Shown: positions 28,317 through 37,939 of the stretch, in pieces
Numbering within the stretch: the stretch's first letter is position 1
How the letters are laid out: every line of letters begins with the position of its first letter
Virus record (IMG/VR): IMGVR_UViG_3300020577_007013
Length of the DNA: 64,000 nucleotides
DNA from: a virus
Lineage: Duplodnaviria > Caudoviricetes
Reading direction: 5' to 3' (one strand)
Notes under the pieces: generated by a model
What the model was told of the DNA's origin: nothing
The model's input: only the letters and a program-made list of their open reading frames with translations
The model's database searches: none
Translations under genes and position numbers: made by a program

Positions 28317-29390
28317 TTACTTTACGAATTGACCGATGTAAGTAACAACGTCACCAGCAGTAAGATTGGTTGTTGCACCACTCTTAATAGTGAGTCGACC
28401 TAATGATCTATCGAAGCTTGTGACTTCATCTAAGCTTTTATTTACACCAGCACTTGACTTGATGTAAGTTGTAAACGCAAAGTTGTCAAAAGCTGATGTT
28501 CCATTCGTCACTGTACCGAGAGTTACAGTTGAAGAAGTGAAAGCAGCATCAAGAACTGAGATCAACTCCGAAGCAGCTGTCAAGTTAGAAGCATCAAGAA
28601 TTGATTCACCAGCAGTATCAAGTTCAATCTTAATTTTTGCTGATACACCAACGTCTCCTGGTACGAAAGTCGCTGTTACACCAGAAGTAGCATCGAGTGA
28701 AGTGACCACATTAGAAATGAGTGTCTCAGTTCCAGCTAATGTCAATGTGTAAGTTGCATTGATATAGCCTGTTGAGACGATATCGCTGCTGACTGCTGCT
28801 GCTGTAGCACCCATTACAGTTGCTGCTGTATAGGAATTGCTTCCCAAATCAATATAGATTACTCCTTTAGTGTCTTGTTTAGAAGCAGCTGAAGCTGGAG
28901 TAAAAGTCAAAGTATCGAATACACCATTTTCAGCATCAACTTTAGATACAGGAAATCCCAATTTTGCAGAGATATCTGTTAAAAGAGTTGTGAGAGATGA
29001 ACCGAAACTCCAGTTTGAACCAGCTGATGTAGATGCTGCAACAGCTCCGCTTACTAAAATGTAAGAGTTTCTACCACTGTTATTAACAGAAGTATCTCCG
29101 GCTACAAAGACTGCATCCAGTCCAGCAGTACCGTCGATCGCTGTTACTATTTCTGAAATAAGATCGGTACTTGCAGGTATAACAATGCTACCAGCAGCAG
29201 CTCCGTCGTTCAGAAGTTGAAATGCATTGGTATGAGTCGTTGCTGTCAACGCTGATGTCAATGCAGTTGTTGCTAAAATTGATGGTGAACCCAAGTCAAT
29301 CTTAACAGTTGCTTTAGTCGCCAGATCTGCTGCTTGAAGCTTGACAGTCTGGGCGACTGATTTTTTTACGCTTTTACCTTGTAAAATCAT
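28317..29390 (-). CDS. Ala/Thr/Ser-rich structural (decoration/fiber-like) protein with internal duplication
   Basis: two roughly 145-aa repeats (IDLGS...IS.IVT.ID.T.G..A.FV.GD...FD...FT); strong RBS. Confidence 0.7.
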   Translation of the reverse strand: MILQGKSVKKSVAQTVKLQAADLATKATVKIDLGSPSILATTALTSALTATTHTNAFQLLNDGAAAGSIVIPASTDLISEIVTAIDGTAGLDAVFVAGDTSVNNSGRNSYILVSGAVAASTSAGSNWSFGSSLTTLLTDISAKLGFPVSKVDAENGVFDTLTFTPASAASKQDTKGVIYIDLGSNSYTAATVMGATAAAVSSDIVSTGYINATYTLTLAGTETLISNVVTSLDATSGVTATFVPGDVGVSAKIKIELDTAGESILDASNLTAASELISVLDAAFTSSTVTLGTVTNGTSAFDNFAFTTYIKSSAGVNKSLDEVTSFDRSLGRLTIKSGATTNLTAGDVVTYIGQFVK

Positions 29391-29464
29391 TTAATTTCTC
29401 CTAATCTGGAATCCGAAAATAATTCGAATAAATTCCTTCTTTTAGAAGGTTGCCAGATAAGTGA

Positions 29465-29647
29465 TTAGTTTGATTTTAACGATTTTATTTTTTTCTTGAA
29501 TTTTTTGACTTCTGCAGAGTCTGTAGAGTCACCTGAGTCATCCCCTTTATAAGGTATCTCAGGTCTCAAAGATTTAGGAATATTTGTGGAAATTGTAACA
29601 GGATCTTCGAATAAACGTTGATATTTTTCGAAGATCTGTTGTCTCAC
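29465..29647 (-). CDS. small putative head protein
   Basis: KYQRLFED motif near N-terminus; fills gap. Confidence 0.55.
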   Translation of the reverse strand: MRQQIFEKYQRLFEDPVTISTNIPKSLRPEIPYKGDDSGDSTDSAEVKKFKKKIKSLKSN

Positions 29648-29652
29648 ATAAA

Positions 29653-30105
29653 TTAGTCTTCTTTTGGTTCTTCGACTACAGAAGATTCTTCTCTTTTGGA
29701 CTCTTTCTTAGAGAACTTTTTCTTCTGAGCTTCATAGATCTTCTTTACAAGAACATCGTCTCTCTTACCTATTGCATCAATATTATAGTGATGAGCAATT
29801 TCAATAAGAGAGTCTCTTCCCATAAGTTGGAGTTCTTCCAAAGGAACTTCTACAGTGTCTTGATTTAAGATCTTGAGATTACTGAAGATAATTCTCCCAG
29901 TAGCTGGAATGTATTCCTCGTAATCAAGAATTCCTTTTGGGTTTTCTTTTGTACGAATGTACTTATGAAGTAGATGTTGTTTGCTGAAGAAAGACTTAGG
30001 TGCCTTACTAACATGAATTCCTTCTATCGACATATTTGGTGCTTCTGTATTTTCATTCAACACATACTTGTGATGTGGAGAATTAAGTCTAGTGTCTGTT
30101 GCCAT
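29653..30105 (-). CDS. protein with Rho-N/HeH-like helical domain
   Basis: LQLMGRDSLIEIAHHYNI...DVLVKKIYEAQ. Confidence 0.55.
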   Translation of the reverse strand: MATDTRLNSPHHKYVLNENTEAPNMSIEGIHVSKAPKSFFSKQHLLHKYIRTKENPKGILDYEEYIPATGRIIFSNLKILNQDTVEVPLEELQLMGRDSLIEIAHHYNIDAIGKRDDVLVKKIYEAQKKKFSKKESKREESSVVEEPKED

Positions 30106-30967
30106 TTGATTCCTCTTTTTGTTTCATTTTTGTTAAGTTCATTTTATGAGTCTCTAACATGTGAAAGAAGACTCGACTCACTTCGTTTGAAGCTAATTGA
30201 AATCTGAATCTTCCCCATTTTATCCATTCAATCCCAGATCCGTCTTCATAGGATTGAACCTCTTTATCAAAGTTGTCTTCTACATTTATCTTGAAGAAAT
30301 TTACCATTCTCTTATGGTCGTAGTCAACAAGGATTTCCTTCTGATGCTCGATCTTCGAAAGTAGTAGACTGTTTGATAATATGTAGTCTCTCTTTTCAGA
30401 ATCGGATGCTTCTCTAAGTCTTCTGAGTTCCTTGAGAAATACAGAAATCGGAATTTTAGAGTGTCTGATGAAAGACTCATCATTTATCTTCATTTTGAAG
30501 TTGTCAGAAAGTATGAAAGCTCTCTGAATTATTGCTTTCTCTTTATAGGTTATTTTCTTTCTCAGCTTCGAAAGATCAGATTCGATATCAAGCTTTCCTT
30601 CGGAGATTAATTCTGAGATCTCATTATCGGTGTATTTGACTTCCTCTACGACTTCGCAATCGTATTTGGGATAGAATTGTCTGAGCCACCTATCACAAAG
30701 AGTAATGAAGTCAAAGTATGAGATATCTGGATCTACCTTGACAAAATTCTTATTGTCATGTCCGACTGTAAAATAAATACATTCATGTTTGTAATCCCAA
30801 GTACAAATGACCGCAATCGGAAGTTTATCAATAAATTTTGATAAATGTCCCAACAAAGTCTCAAGATATTGTTTGTCTTTTTTGTAGATGATTCTAGAAA
30901 TAAAGACAGGATCAATCATCCATGAGTTTGGTTTCTTATAAGTCTTCTGAGGTTCTTGAAATTCCAT
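30089..30967 (-). CDS. hypothetical protein
   Basis: 292-aa ORF coupled by TAATG overlap. Confidence 0.7.
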   Translation of the reverse strand: MEFQEPQKTYKKPNSWMIDPVFISRIIYKKDKQYLETLLGHLSKFIDKLPIAVICTWDYKHECIYFTVGHDNKNFVKVDPDISYFDFITLCDRWLRQFYPKYDCEVVEEVKYTDNEISELISEGKLDIESDLSKLRKKITYKEKAIIQRAFILSDNFKMKINDESFIRHSKIPISVFLKELRRLREASDSEKRDYILSNSLLLSKIEHQKEILVDYDHKRMVNFFKINVEDNFDKEVQSYEDGSGIEWIKWGRFRFQLASNEVSRVFFHMLETHKMNLTKMKQKEESNGNRH

Positions 30968-32085
30968 TAAGTCCCTTCTTCGAAAAGTATATGAATAATT
31001 TTGATTAAATGATTTTCGTCCTCAAATCTCACTGTAGAGAAATTATTGAGATCATCTGAGACATACATAAAAATGTTCTCTCCGTCTAATACATTCAAAA
31101 TCTTCTGAATAGCATCTGAAGAAACAATAATTCTAGATCTCTTATCATTGTCATCGGTAATAATTGAGTCAGAAGATAGTTCAATATCAATTGAGTCTGA
31201 GCTTCTATTTGATTTAGAGTTCTCGATTTCTAACTCAGTCTTAGTAATCTTGAATTTTACTCTAGAGTCTTTTCTCTCATCCATAATCTTCATTCTCTTT
31301 GCCACAGAAAAGAGTGATGACTTAGAGAATTTTACGAATTCCTTATGATTGTAAGATGAGCTTAAAGTTCCTTTTACGATATTAGGAAGTAGACAAGTCT
31401 CGATAGGAACTACACATAGAGTCTCGTCTAATTGGAATGTCCAAAATCCTCTCTCAGTAAAAGTTCTGACTTGAATACTTGAGAGTCTATATTTACTGAA
31501 CAGTGATAGAATTTTTATAGGGATGAATATTTTGGACTTCTCATCTCCATCATCATCTTTTTCATAGTCAAATTTATTTGATGAAGCAGAAATACAAGCA
31601 ACGCTTTGATAATCTGATGATGCAAAATTGTCAGACTGCAATGCAACGAAAGCGAATCTGTCTTCTCCACAAAAATCAGAACAGAAGTACGCCATTTCTA
31701 AGTCTTTGATTTCAAAGACCTCTTCAGGTTTAGAATTCTTGAGATCAAGAAAATCAACAATGTCGGGATAAGTAATGTCTAGACTTTCGAAATTGTATTT
31801 CGATTTTCCTCCAAAAGAAATTCCGTCTTTGGAAATATTTACCTGATCTGAAGATTTGACCAATTGTATGAAGTTTTGTGTCTCGTAAAGAAACTCAAAA
31901 TCTTCAAGACCTCTCTGATTCGAGACATCGATCTCTTTAATTGCTTTGAGTGATCCACTCAATTGAGTGAATCTTGCAATTCCATTCTTAAGACTAATGT
32001 GGATTTTATCAGACAACTTTCCTGTCTTATCTTTTGCATGTTCGAAGATTGACAGAAAACTGAGTTGCTCTTTTTTAATTATCAT
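30967..32085 (-). CDS. DNA polymerase sliding clamp (beta-clamp-like)
   Basis: 372 aa (three-domain size); YPDI, ASSD, VAKRM patterns; in replication block. Confidence 0.6.
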   Translation of the reverse strand: MIIKKEQLSFLSIFEHAKDKTGKLSDKIHISLKNGIARFTQLSGSLKAIKEIDVSNQRGLEDFEFLYETQNFIQLVKSSDQVNISKDGISFGGKSKYNFESLDITYPDIVDFLDLKNSKPEEVFEIKDLEMAYFCSDFCGEDRFAFVALQSDNFASSDYQSVACISASSNKFDYEKDDDGDEKSKIFIPIKILSLFSKYRLSSIQVRTFTERGFWTFQLDETLCVVPIETCLLPNIVKGTLSSSYNHKEFVKFSKSSLFSVAKRMKIMDERKDSRVKFKITKTELEIENSKSNRSSDSIDIELSSDSIITDDNDKRSRIIVSSDAIQKILNVLDGENIFMYVSDDLNNFSTVRFEDENHLIKIIHILFEEGT

Positions 32086-32132
32086 AATTTGCTTTTCCTA
32101 ATTATATGCAGTGTTAAAGGTATAATATGGAA

Positions 32133-34301
32133 TTATGAGACCATCTCAAAAACCTCTGCCTCTTTCTCATTGACGAGATACTCTTTTGAGACTTCTTTAT
32201 GAGTCACACAAATGATTTGTTCATACTCTTCATTAAGAAGGTTTTCGAAGACATTAAGAGAATTCTCGTCTTCTGCAGAAGAGTCGATTTCATCAAGTAA
32301 GTAGAATCCTAAGTTCTGAATCGAAGTTAATGCCACTCTAAATGACAGAGACAAAGCTTGTTTTTCAAATCCTGCAGCGACCCCTACAGACTTGTAGATT
32401 TTATCATCTGGACTATAAAAGAAATGTACAGACTTATTGTCTTTCTTGAAATCGATAAGATATCTTCCATAGGTTTTCGTAAAGAACTCATTCATCTTAG
32501 TCTTGATGTATGTAGATCCTTCGTCGATCACATAAGAAGAAAAGTCTTTGTCTAGAAGTTTTCTCGTTTCAGTTAAGACTCTTTGTCTAGAGCTACAGTC
32601 ATTGTACTCATTTTCCTTATCTTCTATCGATTTCTTATTTTCCTCTTCTTTTGTTTTTACATCGCTATTGAACTTTAATGCTTCTTCTCTCTGTTTCTTT
32701 TTCTCTTCATAGACAGTTATAAGTTTCTCAGTTTCTTTGTACTCTGATTCTTCTTCAAAAATAGGTCTCTCCAATTTTTTAGGCTCTACTAATTTTAAGA
32801 GACTATCGATTTCAATTTTCTTACTCTCAATGAGAGCTTCTAAAGTGAGTTTTTCTTTGTCTGAATTTTTATTCTTCTTATCGATTTCTTGATTTTTCTC
32901 TTTGTCTCTAGTAAAGTCTTTTTCAATTTGTCTACATTTTTCTAATGAAGCTCTGAAGTCTTCAGAAGGTTTCTCTATTTTAGGAAGATCATTTAACAGT
33001 TTTTCGAACTCTTCCTTATTTTCTTCAAGAGACTTTTTATTTGCAAGATTCAGATCATTTGCAGACTTGTCATCTTTAAATTTTGTAATTTTCTCTTTTG
33101 ATTCAGATAAAGACTTCGACTTCTCAGAAAGAAGTTCTGAGTTTTTCTTAAGTTCATTTTCAATATGAGAAGGATCTTCCTCAAAAGGAGTACCGCATTT
33201 AGAGCATTTTCCTTCTTTACAAAGTTCTAGTGATGACTCTAATTGAAGCCTAGATGAATTTAAGGAATTGACTTCCTCTTGAATTGTATTTATCTCGTCA
33301 TCAGAGACTTCACATTTTCCTATTCTCTTAATTTGAATTTTGGAGATTTTGTCTTCTATCGATTTGATTTTATCTTCATAGTTCTTTGAGTCTTTGAGAT
33401 ATTGTGTATATGATTTATTTGTTAGATCGAATTCATTCTCGAGTTTTTCATATTTTTTGAGTTCGACTTTATTTGTTTTCTCAAGCTCATCGTCGATCTC
33501 TATAGATGGAAGAATTACAAGCTTCTTAATTTTTTCGTTTGTTTCAGTAATTTCCTTTTCTAGAGTTTCTTTTCGGAGAACTTTTTTCTCGTATTCTTCT
33601 ATGTCTTTCTTATTTTGATCATAAGACTCCAAGAGTCTCTCATACTCTCTTTTACTCTCTGAAAGTTTAGAGAACTTTTTGTTGATCTCAGTGATGTCTT
33701 CCAAGTCCTGAACAATTTGATAGTTGAATTTCACTTGTTTCAGAACTGAGATTTCTGAATCTAGAGCAAGACATCTGAGTTTTAAGGTCTCTATATCATC
33801 TTTGAGATTTTGTGAGATTTCTTCTATTCGTTCAAGTCCCAAAATCTGCTTGAGTTTTTTGAGCCTATCAGAAGGATTTTCAAAGAGAAGTGAAGTAGCT
33901 TCGTGTTGAGTAGAAATGCTCGAATAAAGTATGAGTTTAGGATTATAGAGCTCTTTGATTTTCTTGACAGCATCTGAATTTTTGTATTCCTCTGTAGAAT
34001 TAGAGACTTTAAGTAGACGCTCTGTCGATCCCTTAAGTTTGAGAATTACTTTATAGTCGTATTCGACTCCTAAATGGGTGAATTTTATATAGAGCTCTGA
34101 TGTCTCTACCCCGTCAGACCAATTGATGTATTCAGAAATTGACTCATAAAGTTCGTCAGTGAGGAGATAAGTAATAGCGTCGATAACTGACGACTTTCCA
34201 GATCCGTTCTTTCCGATAAGTATAGAGACAGGCTTTGTAAAAAAGAATTCCTTGTCTCTGACAGATTTGAAGTTGACAAGTCTAAGGTAATTAATCTTCA
34301 T
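32133..34301 (-). CDS. SbcC/Rad50/gp46-like ABC ATPase
   Basis: LVNFKS, GKNGSGKSS, long coiled coil with CSKC hook, LLDEIDS, VTH. Confidence 0.92.
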   Translation of the reverse strand: MKINYLRLVNFKSVRDKEFFFTKPVSILIGKNGSGKSSVIDAITYLLTDELYESISEYINWSDGVETSELYIKFTHLGVEYDYKVILKLKGSTERLLKVSNSTEEYKNSDAVKKIKELYNPKLILYSSISTQHEATSLLFENPSDRLKKLKQILGLERIEEISQNLKDDIETLKLRCLALDSEISVLKQVKFNYQIVQDLEDITEINKKFSKLSESKREYERLLESYDQNKKDIEEYEKKVLRKETLEKEITETNEKIKKLVILPSIEIDDELEKTNKVELKKYEKLENEFDLTNKSYTQYLKDSKNYEDKIKSIEDKISKIQIKRIGKCEVSDDEINTIQEEVNSLNSSRLQLESSLELCKEGKCSKCGTPFEEDPSHIENELKKNSELLSEKSKSLSESKEKITKFKDDKSANDLNLANKKSLEENKEEFEKLLNDLPKIEKPSEDFRASLEKCRQIEKDFTRDKEKNQEIDKKNKNSDKEKLTLEALIESKKIEIDSLLKLVEPKKLERPIFEEESEYKETEKLITVYEEKKKQREEALKFNSDVKTKEEENKKSIEDKENEYNDCSSRQRVLTETRKLLDKDFSSYVIDEGSTYIKTKMNEFFTKTYGRYLIDFKKDNKSVHFFYSPDDKIYKSVGVAAGFEKQALSLSFRVALTSIQNLGFYLLDEIDSSAEDENSLNVFENLLNEEYEQIICVTHKEVSKEYLVNEKEAEVFEMVS

Positions 34302-34539
34302 TTTGACTAAAGTCTAGGTTTAGGAGCTCTGTCATGATTTTGTTGATTTCCTCACAACAAAGTAGATATTTTTCTTTTGAGATCTTCTCAGTTGGAATTT
34401 CCAAAATAGAGAGTATGTCATTGAATAATGAGACCTCTACAGGAGACATTCCACTCTCTAAATCGCTTTTATGGATATGATATTGTCTTCCTGGAATTTG
34501 TAAGAGATCTTCAGGTCTGTGATCTGTATCTTCTTCCAT
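34291..34539 (-). CDS. small acidic protein, paralog of 34539-34811
   Basis: ILSILEIPTEKISKEKYLLCCE. Confidence 0.65.
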   Translation of the reverse strand: MEEDTDHRPEDLLQIPGRQYHIHKSDLESGMSPVEVSLFNDILSILEIPTEKISKEKYLLCCEEINKIMTELLNLDFSQNED

Positions 34540-34811
34540 TATTCCTCCACTATAGGCTTTTCAGCTTCTTCTAAATCAGGCTCGTCATCTTCAGTGTCTA
34601 CAAATTGACCAATTTCTACCATATCGATCATAAGACAGTAGACAGTTTCACAGCAGTCTAGAAATTGCTCTTCTGAAATGGACTCGAATGGTATTTTTAA
34701 TGTGTTGAGAATTGAAAGAACAGTGGAGATTTCGAGAGGGATTTCTCCCTCTCCTATCTCTTCAGATTCTTTAGGTTCTATGTAACCTTGAAGTATCTCT
34801 TTTGCTGTCAT
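34539..34811 (-). CDS. small acidic protein, paralog of 34291-34539
   Basis: ILNTLKIPFESISEEQFLDCCE. Confidence 0.65.
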   Translation of the reverse strand: MTAKEILQGYIEPKESEEIGEGEIPLEISTVLSILNTLKIPFESISEEQFLDCCETVYCLMIDMVEIGQFVDTEDDEPDLEEAEKPIVEE

Positions 34812-35767
34812 TCTTCCTCTGAAGACTCGATCTCTTGATCTACTTCCGATTCCTCTACTTGAGAAATAGGTTCAGATCCTTGAGCTTCTCTTCGACGTTG
34901 ACGTCCTTCTTCAGAAGCATTAGCCATCTTCTCTATAGAGATCTCTCTATGATATTGAATGACTTTCTGTTTGATTTCTTCACAAAGATCTCGGTTATCC
35001 ATGAGCAGTTGAGAACTTTTATCAAGTCCTTGCCCTAATCTCGTTTCACCGTATGCATACCAGCTTCCTGATTTTTTTACGATTTTGATCTTTTCTGCTT
35101 CTTCAATTATAGATCCTTCTTTGTTAAAGTAACCGTCAAACATGAGATCGAATTCAGCAATCTTAAATGGAGGTGAGACTTTATTTTTTACGAACTTAGC
35201 TCTCACTCTATTACCGATTTGATTATCACCTTTCTTTAGTGACTCAATTTTAGCGACTTCAATTCTTTGTGAAGCAAAGAACTTAAGAGCTTTACCACCA
35301 CTCGTTGTTACTGGAGATCCGTAAGAGTTATGGGAAAGAATTCCGTTTGTAAAAAGATTATGATTGTCTTCGACCTCAAGATCATAGACTTTAATTTTTT
35401 CTTCAGTCTTCTCAATTTGACCTGTCTTCCAATTTCCATTTTCAAATAAATAGAAGTTTCCATTATACTTTGAATATAAGAGACCTACTTCTAGATAAGA
35501 AGAGAACTCTGAAGATTTATCCAATCTGGCAGAAAGTCTATGTTCTTTTGAGACTTCTAATTTTCCATTTACTAAATATTTTTCACTATCAGGCTTCCTC
35601 ATAAGCCTTTTAATTTTCTTGAATTCTTCTTGTTTTGTCGTGTGGTTAAAAGACTTGACTTTGATCTCTTTATCAGAAATGTCTATAGACTCGTTCTCCT
35701 TCAAAGAAGTCTCATCTATTCCTATTTTTGAGAATAGTTCTCCCATTTTTATTTTTTCAGTTACCAT
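34808..35767 (-). CDS. recA: split-intein C fragment (147 aa) fused to RecA C-terminal half
   Basis: SKEH (block B), VYDLEVEDNHNLFTNGILSHN|S (blocks F/G), then SPVTTSGGKALKFFAS, KNKVSPPFK, SGSWY; own RBS AAGGGGA. Confidence 0.93.
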   Translation of the reverse strand: MVTEKIKMGELFSKIGIDETSLKENESIDISDKEIKVKSFNHTTKQEEFKKIKRLMRKPDSEKYLVNGKLEVSKEHRLSARLDKSSEFSSYLEVGLLYSKYNGNFYLFENGNWKTGQIEKTEEKIKVYDLEVEDNHNLFTNGILSHNSYGSPVTTSGGKALKFFASQRIEVAKIESLKKGDNQIGNRVRAKFVKNKVSPPFKIAEFDLMFDGYFNKEGSIIEEAEKIKIVKKSGSWYAYGETRLGQGLDKSSQLLMDNRDLCEEIKQKVIQYHREISIEKMANASEEGRQRRREAQGSEPISQVEESEVDQEIESSEEE

Positions 35768-36695
35768 TTGATTCCCCTTGTATTTTTTCAGATTTTATAA
35801 ATTCGAATAGCTCGTTTTTACATTTTTCGTAATTGTTCATTAAGTCCATTTCCCAAATTATGTAGTATCTGTAATTATTTTCTAATATCCATTGCTTTTT
35901 CCTTATATCATTCACGAGATTTGATTTTTGAAAGTTGTTTAATTCTACAGAAGATGTATAAATTCTAGGATTTGAATGAACATAATCCCCATTAACTTCA
36001 ATGACAGTCTTATCATTAACTAAAAAATCCACACGATAATTTTTACAAAGATACCTTTCTCTTCTAAAATCAACCTTAGCTTCAAGAAGAATGTCGAAGA
36101 CCATTCTCTCTATTCTAGTCATCTTTTTATTAATGGGATTCGGCTCTCCTAAAATTTTTAATTTGTAGTTTTTCCAAAGTTTTTTGAGAACTTTAGAAGA
36201 GATCTCATAAGATATACAAAGCTGATTCCAAGTCATGAGTCTTGTGTCATTAAGAAAATTTTTCCATTTCTCTACACTCCAATTTTTAATTTGACTGGGA
36301 GACTTAGTGGTCGTCTCCTTAAGTCTCTTTTTAAGTTCTTTGTTTTCTCTAAAAAATCCAGTAAGTCTTTTAGAAGAATAAAAAGAGAGTCCTAATTCTT
36401 CCCAGATAATCCATAGTTTATGGGTATGGGGAGTGGAGTTAATGTAGTCTACGAGAATCATTTTGTCTTTTTCTGTTAGCTCTCTTCTTTTTAAAAGTTT
36501 TGTTTTTTTAACTTTAGAGACTCTTTCAGGAGAGTGCTTTACCCCTAAAAGAGAGTCTCTAATTTTCTTTCCAACTTCAGGTCTTTTGGTTCCTAAAATT
36601 CTCCTTCCAGTTAATTGTCCTAAACACTTTCGACTGCATACTTTTTTCTGTCTGACTTTTAAAATTGACTCACAGACTTCACATTTTCTTTCCAC
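35757..36695 (-). mobile_element. free-standing homing endonuclease (Zn finger, NUMOD-like, Vsr/DUF559-type PD-(D/E)xK) inside fractured recA
   Basis: CEVC...CSRKC; TRIER...VDF...IEVNGDYVH...D..K...IWE; GTG 36695 follows an ACTAA motif. Confidence 0.85.
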
Positions 36696-36716
36696 ATAGA
36701 TTAGTTCATTAATCAA

Positions 36717-37406
36717 TTAGAATTGAATTTCGAGTTCAGTATTACTACTGAAACAACCAATATTACTTCTAGTTTGGTTAATGAATACCAACGTTGTGTT
36801 TGTCTTCTGAACTGCTGCTGTAAGCTTTCTAAGAGCTTGACCCATAAGTCTCGCTAAGATCGCCATGTGTGCATCACCCATGTCTCCTTCAGCTTCTGCT
36901 CTAGGTACAAGTGCAGCGACTGAGTCGACTACTACAATGTCTAGACCACCTGATTTTACGAATGCATCAACGATCTCTAATGCTTGTTCAGCACCGTCAG
37001 GTTGACTGACTAAGAGTTCATCGACATTCACTCCTAATTTTCTTGCCCAAACTGGATCTAATGCATGTTCTACGTCGACAAATGCACAAATACCGTCATT
37101 CTTTTGGGCTTGAGCTATAAGATTGAGTACAAGTGATGTTTTTCCACTAGATTCATTCCCATAAATCTCTATGATCCTTCCTCTAGGAAATCCACCTATT
37201 CCAGAAGCTATGTCAAGAGAAAGAATATCAGTTTCTATATGAGGAAAATCGATTCTATTTGAATCCATCCTCATGATAGTTCCTTGTCCGTAAGCTTTTT
37301 CTAAGAGAAGTATTGCCGGATCTAGACTCTTCAACCTCTCTATTTTTGAAAGCCTAGGTATTGATTCTGCAGTCTTAGAGACTACATCATTAAATGTTTC
37401 TGCCAT
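36717..37406 (-). CDS. recA: RecA N-terminal half fused to a 12-aa split-intein N fragment
   Basis: [49 protein letters not shown]|[12 protein letters not shown]. Confidence 0.95.
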   Translation of the reverse strand: MAETFNDVVSKTAESIPRLSKIERLKSLDPAILLLEKAYGQGTIMRMDSNRIDFPHIETDILSLDIASGIGGFPRGRIIEIYGNESSGKTSLVLNLIAQAQKNDGICAFVDVEHALDPVWARKLGVNVDELLVSQPDGAEQALEIVDAFVKSGGLDIVVVDSVAALVPRAEAEGDMGDAHMAILARLMGQALRKLTAAVQKTNTTLVFINQTRSNIGCFSSNTELEIQF

Positions 37407-37420
37407 TTTATTTATCTCCT

Positions 37421-37933
37421 TTATTTATCATTTCGTATTCCTGAAAAAGCCATCCTAAACCAGTTCTCTCTTTCATCTGTCGTGATTGGTTTGTTAGTGA
37501 CAGGATGGAGAAGTTTGTCAAGACGACCGTGGAAAAAACGAGCACAAAGTACCAAATTTGAAATTTCATATTTCAGTTCACCACTCTGTGCTCTTGATAC
37601 AATGTGACAAGTGTCTAAAGTTTTTGACAGTAGACTGAACTCAATCGGAAAAGTCTTTAACACATAGATCTGTTCATCCTTTGTAAGGATGTTCCAAATT
37701 CTACAAGTCTTATCTCTCAGTTTGACTTCCTTGACCAAATCTATCCAAATTTTATTTTCTTCCTTCTTTTCTTCTTTCCTATCTTTGTCTTTTACAAGCT
37801 TTCTGCCATACCTATCAAAGCAGCTTTTTTGCTTTCCTTCAGTAAGGCATTTATGAGTCTTCATAGTCTTGCGAAGGCAATGTCCTTTATTGCAATGACT
37901 AGAGAACTCTTCGAAAGTCTTGATTTTTTTCAA
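37421..37933 (-). CDS. HNH-family (NinG-like) nuclease
   Basis: RDKTC...DTCHIVSRA...[10 protein letters not shown]. Confidence 0.65.
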   Translation of the reverse strand: MKKIKTFEEFSSHCNKGHCLRKTMKTHKCLTEGKQKSCFDRYGRKLVKDKDRKEEKKEENKIWIDLVKEVKLRDKTCRIWNILTKDEQIYVLKTFPIEFSLLSKTLDTCHIVSRAQSGELKYEISNLVLCARFFHGRLDKLLHPVTNKPITTDERENWFRMAFSGIRNDK

Positions 37934-37939
37934 GTCAGT

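Noticed and set aside
35757-36716. Group I intron interrupting recA
   Set aside because: No non-coding room for an intron core; the downstream part has its own RBS and ATG and intein motifs flank the break
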